In this document: piece after piece, positions 60,945-64,000 of the stretch
Position numbering within the stretch: the first letter of the stretch is position 1
How the letters are laid out: every line of letters begins with the position of its first letter
Source of the DNA: the human T2T-CHM13v2.0 reference genome, Homo sapiens
Direction: 5' to 3' (one strand)
Assembly: GCF_009914755.1 (NCBI RefSeq)
Contig: NC_060927.1
Length of the DNA: 64,000 nucleotides
The notes under the pieces: model-generated
What the model was told of the DNA's origin: nothing
What the model saw: only the letters and a program-made list of their open reading frames with translations
Databases searched by the model: none
Made by a program: the position numbers and the translations under genes

Positions 60945-63900
60945 TCTTTCCCTCAGCTTTATTGAGGTATAATTCATGAATAAAATTTGTATATATTGAA
61001 GGTATACAACATGATGTTTAGATATACGTGTACACTGTGAAATTATTATACGACCACACCAATTACATACCTGTCACCTCACATAGTTATCTTTTTTCAT
61101 GTGTGTGATAAGAGCATTTAAGGTTTATTCTCTTAGCAAATTTCAGTATATAACACAGTCTTATTAACTATAATCACCATGCTGTCCATTAGCTCTCCGG
61201 AACTTACTCATCCTGCATAGCTGAAACTTTGTACTCTTTGACCAACATCTCCCCATTTTGCCTTCCCCACTAGCTTCTGGCAATGCCATTCTATTCTCTG
61301 CTTTGATGACTTTTTTTAGTTTCCACATATAAGTAAGATCAGGCAGTATTTGTCTTTCTGTGTCTGCATCATTTCAGTTACAATGTCCTCAAGTTTCATG
61401 TTGTTGCAAATGAAAGAATATCCTTATATTTTAAGGTTGAATAATATCCCACTGATAATCTGTCAAAAAATGTCTCATTGTGAATATTTACCACATTTTC
61501 TTCATTTGTTCATCCATTGATGGACACCTGGGTTGCTTCCATATCTTGGCTATTGTGAAAAGTGTTACAATGAGTACGGGAATATAGATATCTGTTAAAG
61601 AAACCGATTTCATTTCCTTTGAATACATACCCAGACTGGGATTGCTGAATCATATGGTAATTCTATTTTTAATTTTTTGAGAAATCTCCATACTGTTTTT
61701 CATAATGGTTGTGCCAAATTTACATTCCCACCAACAGAATGCAGGGTGTCCCTTTTCACCACATCCTTGCCAACATTTGTTATCTTTCATCTTTTTGATA
61801 ATAGACTTTTTAACAGGTGTGAGGTAATAGCTCATTGTGGTTTTAATTTCCCTGATGATTAGTGATGTTGAAGATTTGTTCTTATATCTGTTGGCCATTT
61901 GTATGTATTCTTTGGAAAAATGTCTATTTGGGTTCTCTGATCATTTTTTAAATCAGGTTATTTATTCATTTTGTTTTACTACTGAGTTGTAGGAGTTCCT
62001 TATATATTTGGGATATTAGCCCATTATCAGATGTATGGTTTGCAAATATTTTCTCCTATTCTGTAGGTTGTCTCTTCATTCTATTTATTATTTCTTATGC
62101 TGTGCAGAAGCTTTTTAGTTTGAGGCAATACTATTTGTCTATTTTTGCTTTTGTTGCCTGTGCATTTGGGGTCATATCCAAAAAAAAATCATTGCCAAGA
62201 CCAATGTCAAGAAACTTGCTCCTTATGTTTTCTTCTAGTAATTTTACAGTCTCAGGTCTTATTTTCAACTATCTAACTCATTTTAAGTGGATTTAAAAGA
62301 CATCGTGTGAGATAAGGGCCTACTTTCATTCTTCTCCATGTGGATATCCAGTTTTCCCAGCATCATTTATTGAAGAGACTATTCTTTCCCCAGTGTGTAC
62401 TTCTGAGACCTTTGTCAAAAATCAATTGTCCGTGAATGTGTGGATTTATTTCTAGGTTCCCTACTCTGTTCCATTGGTTTATATGTCATTTTTAATGCCA
62501 GTATCATGCTGCTTTGGCTACTATAACTTGTAGTATATTTTAAAATCAGGTAGAGTGGTGCCTTCAGCTTTGTTCTTCTTGCTCAAGATTGCTTTGGCTA
62601 TTTGGTGGTCCCATATGAATTTTAGAATTATATTTTCTATTTCTGTGAAAAATGCCATTGGATTTTTGTTTTGAGACAGGTTCTCACTTTGTCACCCAGG
62701 CTGGAGTACAATCATAGTTCACTGCAGCCTTGACCTCTCAGGCTCAAGTGATCCTCCCGTCTCAGCCTCCTGAGTAGCTGGGACTATAGGTGCATGCCAC
62801 CAAGCCCAGCTAATTTTTACTTTTTTTTTTTTTTTAAGAGATGAGTCTCATTAAATTTCCCAGGCTAGTCTTGAATTGCTGGCCTCAAGTGATCCTTTCA
62901 CCATGGCCTCCCAAAGTGCTGGGATTACAGGTGTGAGCCATCACACATGGTCTGTCTTTGGAATTTTGATAGAGATTGCATTGAATCTGTAGATTGCTTT
63001 GGGTAGTACTGACATGTAGTATTGACAGATTTATAATATTAATTCTTCCAATCTATGAACATGGGATAGCTTTCCATTTATTTGTATAATCTTCAATCTC
63101 TTTTATCAATGTTTTATAGTTTTCAGCGTTAGATCTTTCACATCTTTGGTTAAATTTATTTCTAACTGGTTTTTTTGGGAAATACTATAAATGGAATTGT
63201 TTTCTTGATTTCTTTTTTTGGGTAGTTCATTGTTAGGTATAGAAGTGCTACTGTTTTTTTTTTTTTTTTTTGATTTTGTAAACTGAAACTTTACTGAATT
63301 TGTTTCTTAGTTCTAACAGTTTTTTAATGGAAGCCTTCAGGGTTTTAAAAATATATAAGATCGTGTAATCAGCAAACAAAGGTAATTTCATTCCTTTTTG
63401 TATTTGGATACATTTTATTTCTTTTTCTTGTTTAATTGTTCTGGTAAGACTTTCAGTACTACATTGATTAGAAGTGGTGGGAGTGGGCAGCCTTGTCTTG
63501 TTCTTGATTTTAGAGGAAAAGTTTCTAGCTTTTCACATTGAGTATGACATTAGCTGTGGGCATGTCATATATGGCGTTTATTGTGTTGAGGTACATTTCT
63601 TCTATATCTATTTTGTTGAGAGTTTTTATCATGAATGGATGTTGAATTTTATCAGATGCTTTTTCAGCATCTAAGATGATCTTGTAATTTTTGTTCTTTA
63701 TTTTGTTAATAAGGTGTATTACATTTATTGATTTATCTATGTTGAAGCACTTTTGCATCCCAGGGATAAATCCTACTTGCTTACATTGAATGATCCTTTT
63801 AATATTCTGTTGAGTTTGCCTTGCTAGTATTTTGTTGAGGGTTTTTACATCTATGTTCATCAGGAATGTTGGCCTGTAATTTTCTCTTCTTGTATCTTTG

Positions 63901-64000
63901 TCTGTTTTTGGCATCAGGGTAATGCTGACCTTGTAAAATGAATTTGGAAATATTCCTCCTCTTTAATTTTTTGTAAGAGTTTGAGAATTGGTATTAGTTC
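60945..64000 (-). mobile_element. L1MA8/9-like LINE-1, 3' UTR and ORF2, running off the right edge
   Basis: cagctttattgaggtataatt 3' end; ORF2 remnant [20 protein letters not shown] (63525-63914). Confidence 0.9.
62666..62953 (-). mobile_element. AluJ inserted in L1MA
   Basis: gagacaggttctcac...ggcctcaagtgatcct; flanks ttggatttttg / ttggaattttg. Confidence 0.9.

Overview
Primate, probably human or great-ape, non-coding genomic DNA (AluY and L1PA3-like elements are present). It is dominated by interspersed repeats and I see no convincing host protein-coding exon, RNA gene or CRISPR array. Contents: a ~1.9 kb TA-rich array with a perfect 14 x 24 bp VNTR; two Tigger3b-like DNA transposons (one internally inverted, one split by a 4.8 kb L1 plus Alu); a decayed ERVL provirus (LTR16A-like LTR plus gag/pol remnant) with a nested solo LTR; a MER4A1-like solo LTR; two co-oriented L1PA elements with intact 5' UTRs (one with a ~1.4 kb ORF2 deletion, one inserted in the tail of an AluJ that sits in a hAT-Charlie fossil); older L1, L2, MIR, MLT, MER20 and about a dozen Alus. 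Long ORFs in the track are broken L1 frames or repeat artefacts. I found no evidence for a new multi-gene system. The best leads are shared non-consensus variants between the two L1PAs (possible gene conversion), a template-switch inverted duplication, the Tigger3b inversion, a tailless Alu in an inverted Alu pair, two truncated L1 ORF0 frames and two motif-rich candidate regulatory elements. Family and subfamily names come from my recollection of consensus sequences, not from a database search, and boundaries of old repeats are approximate.
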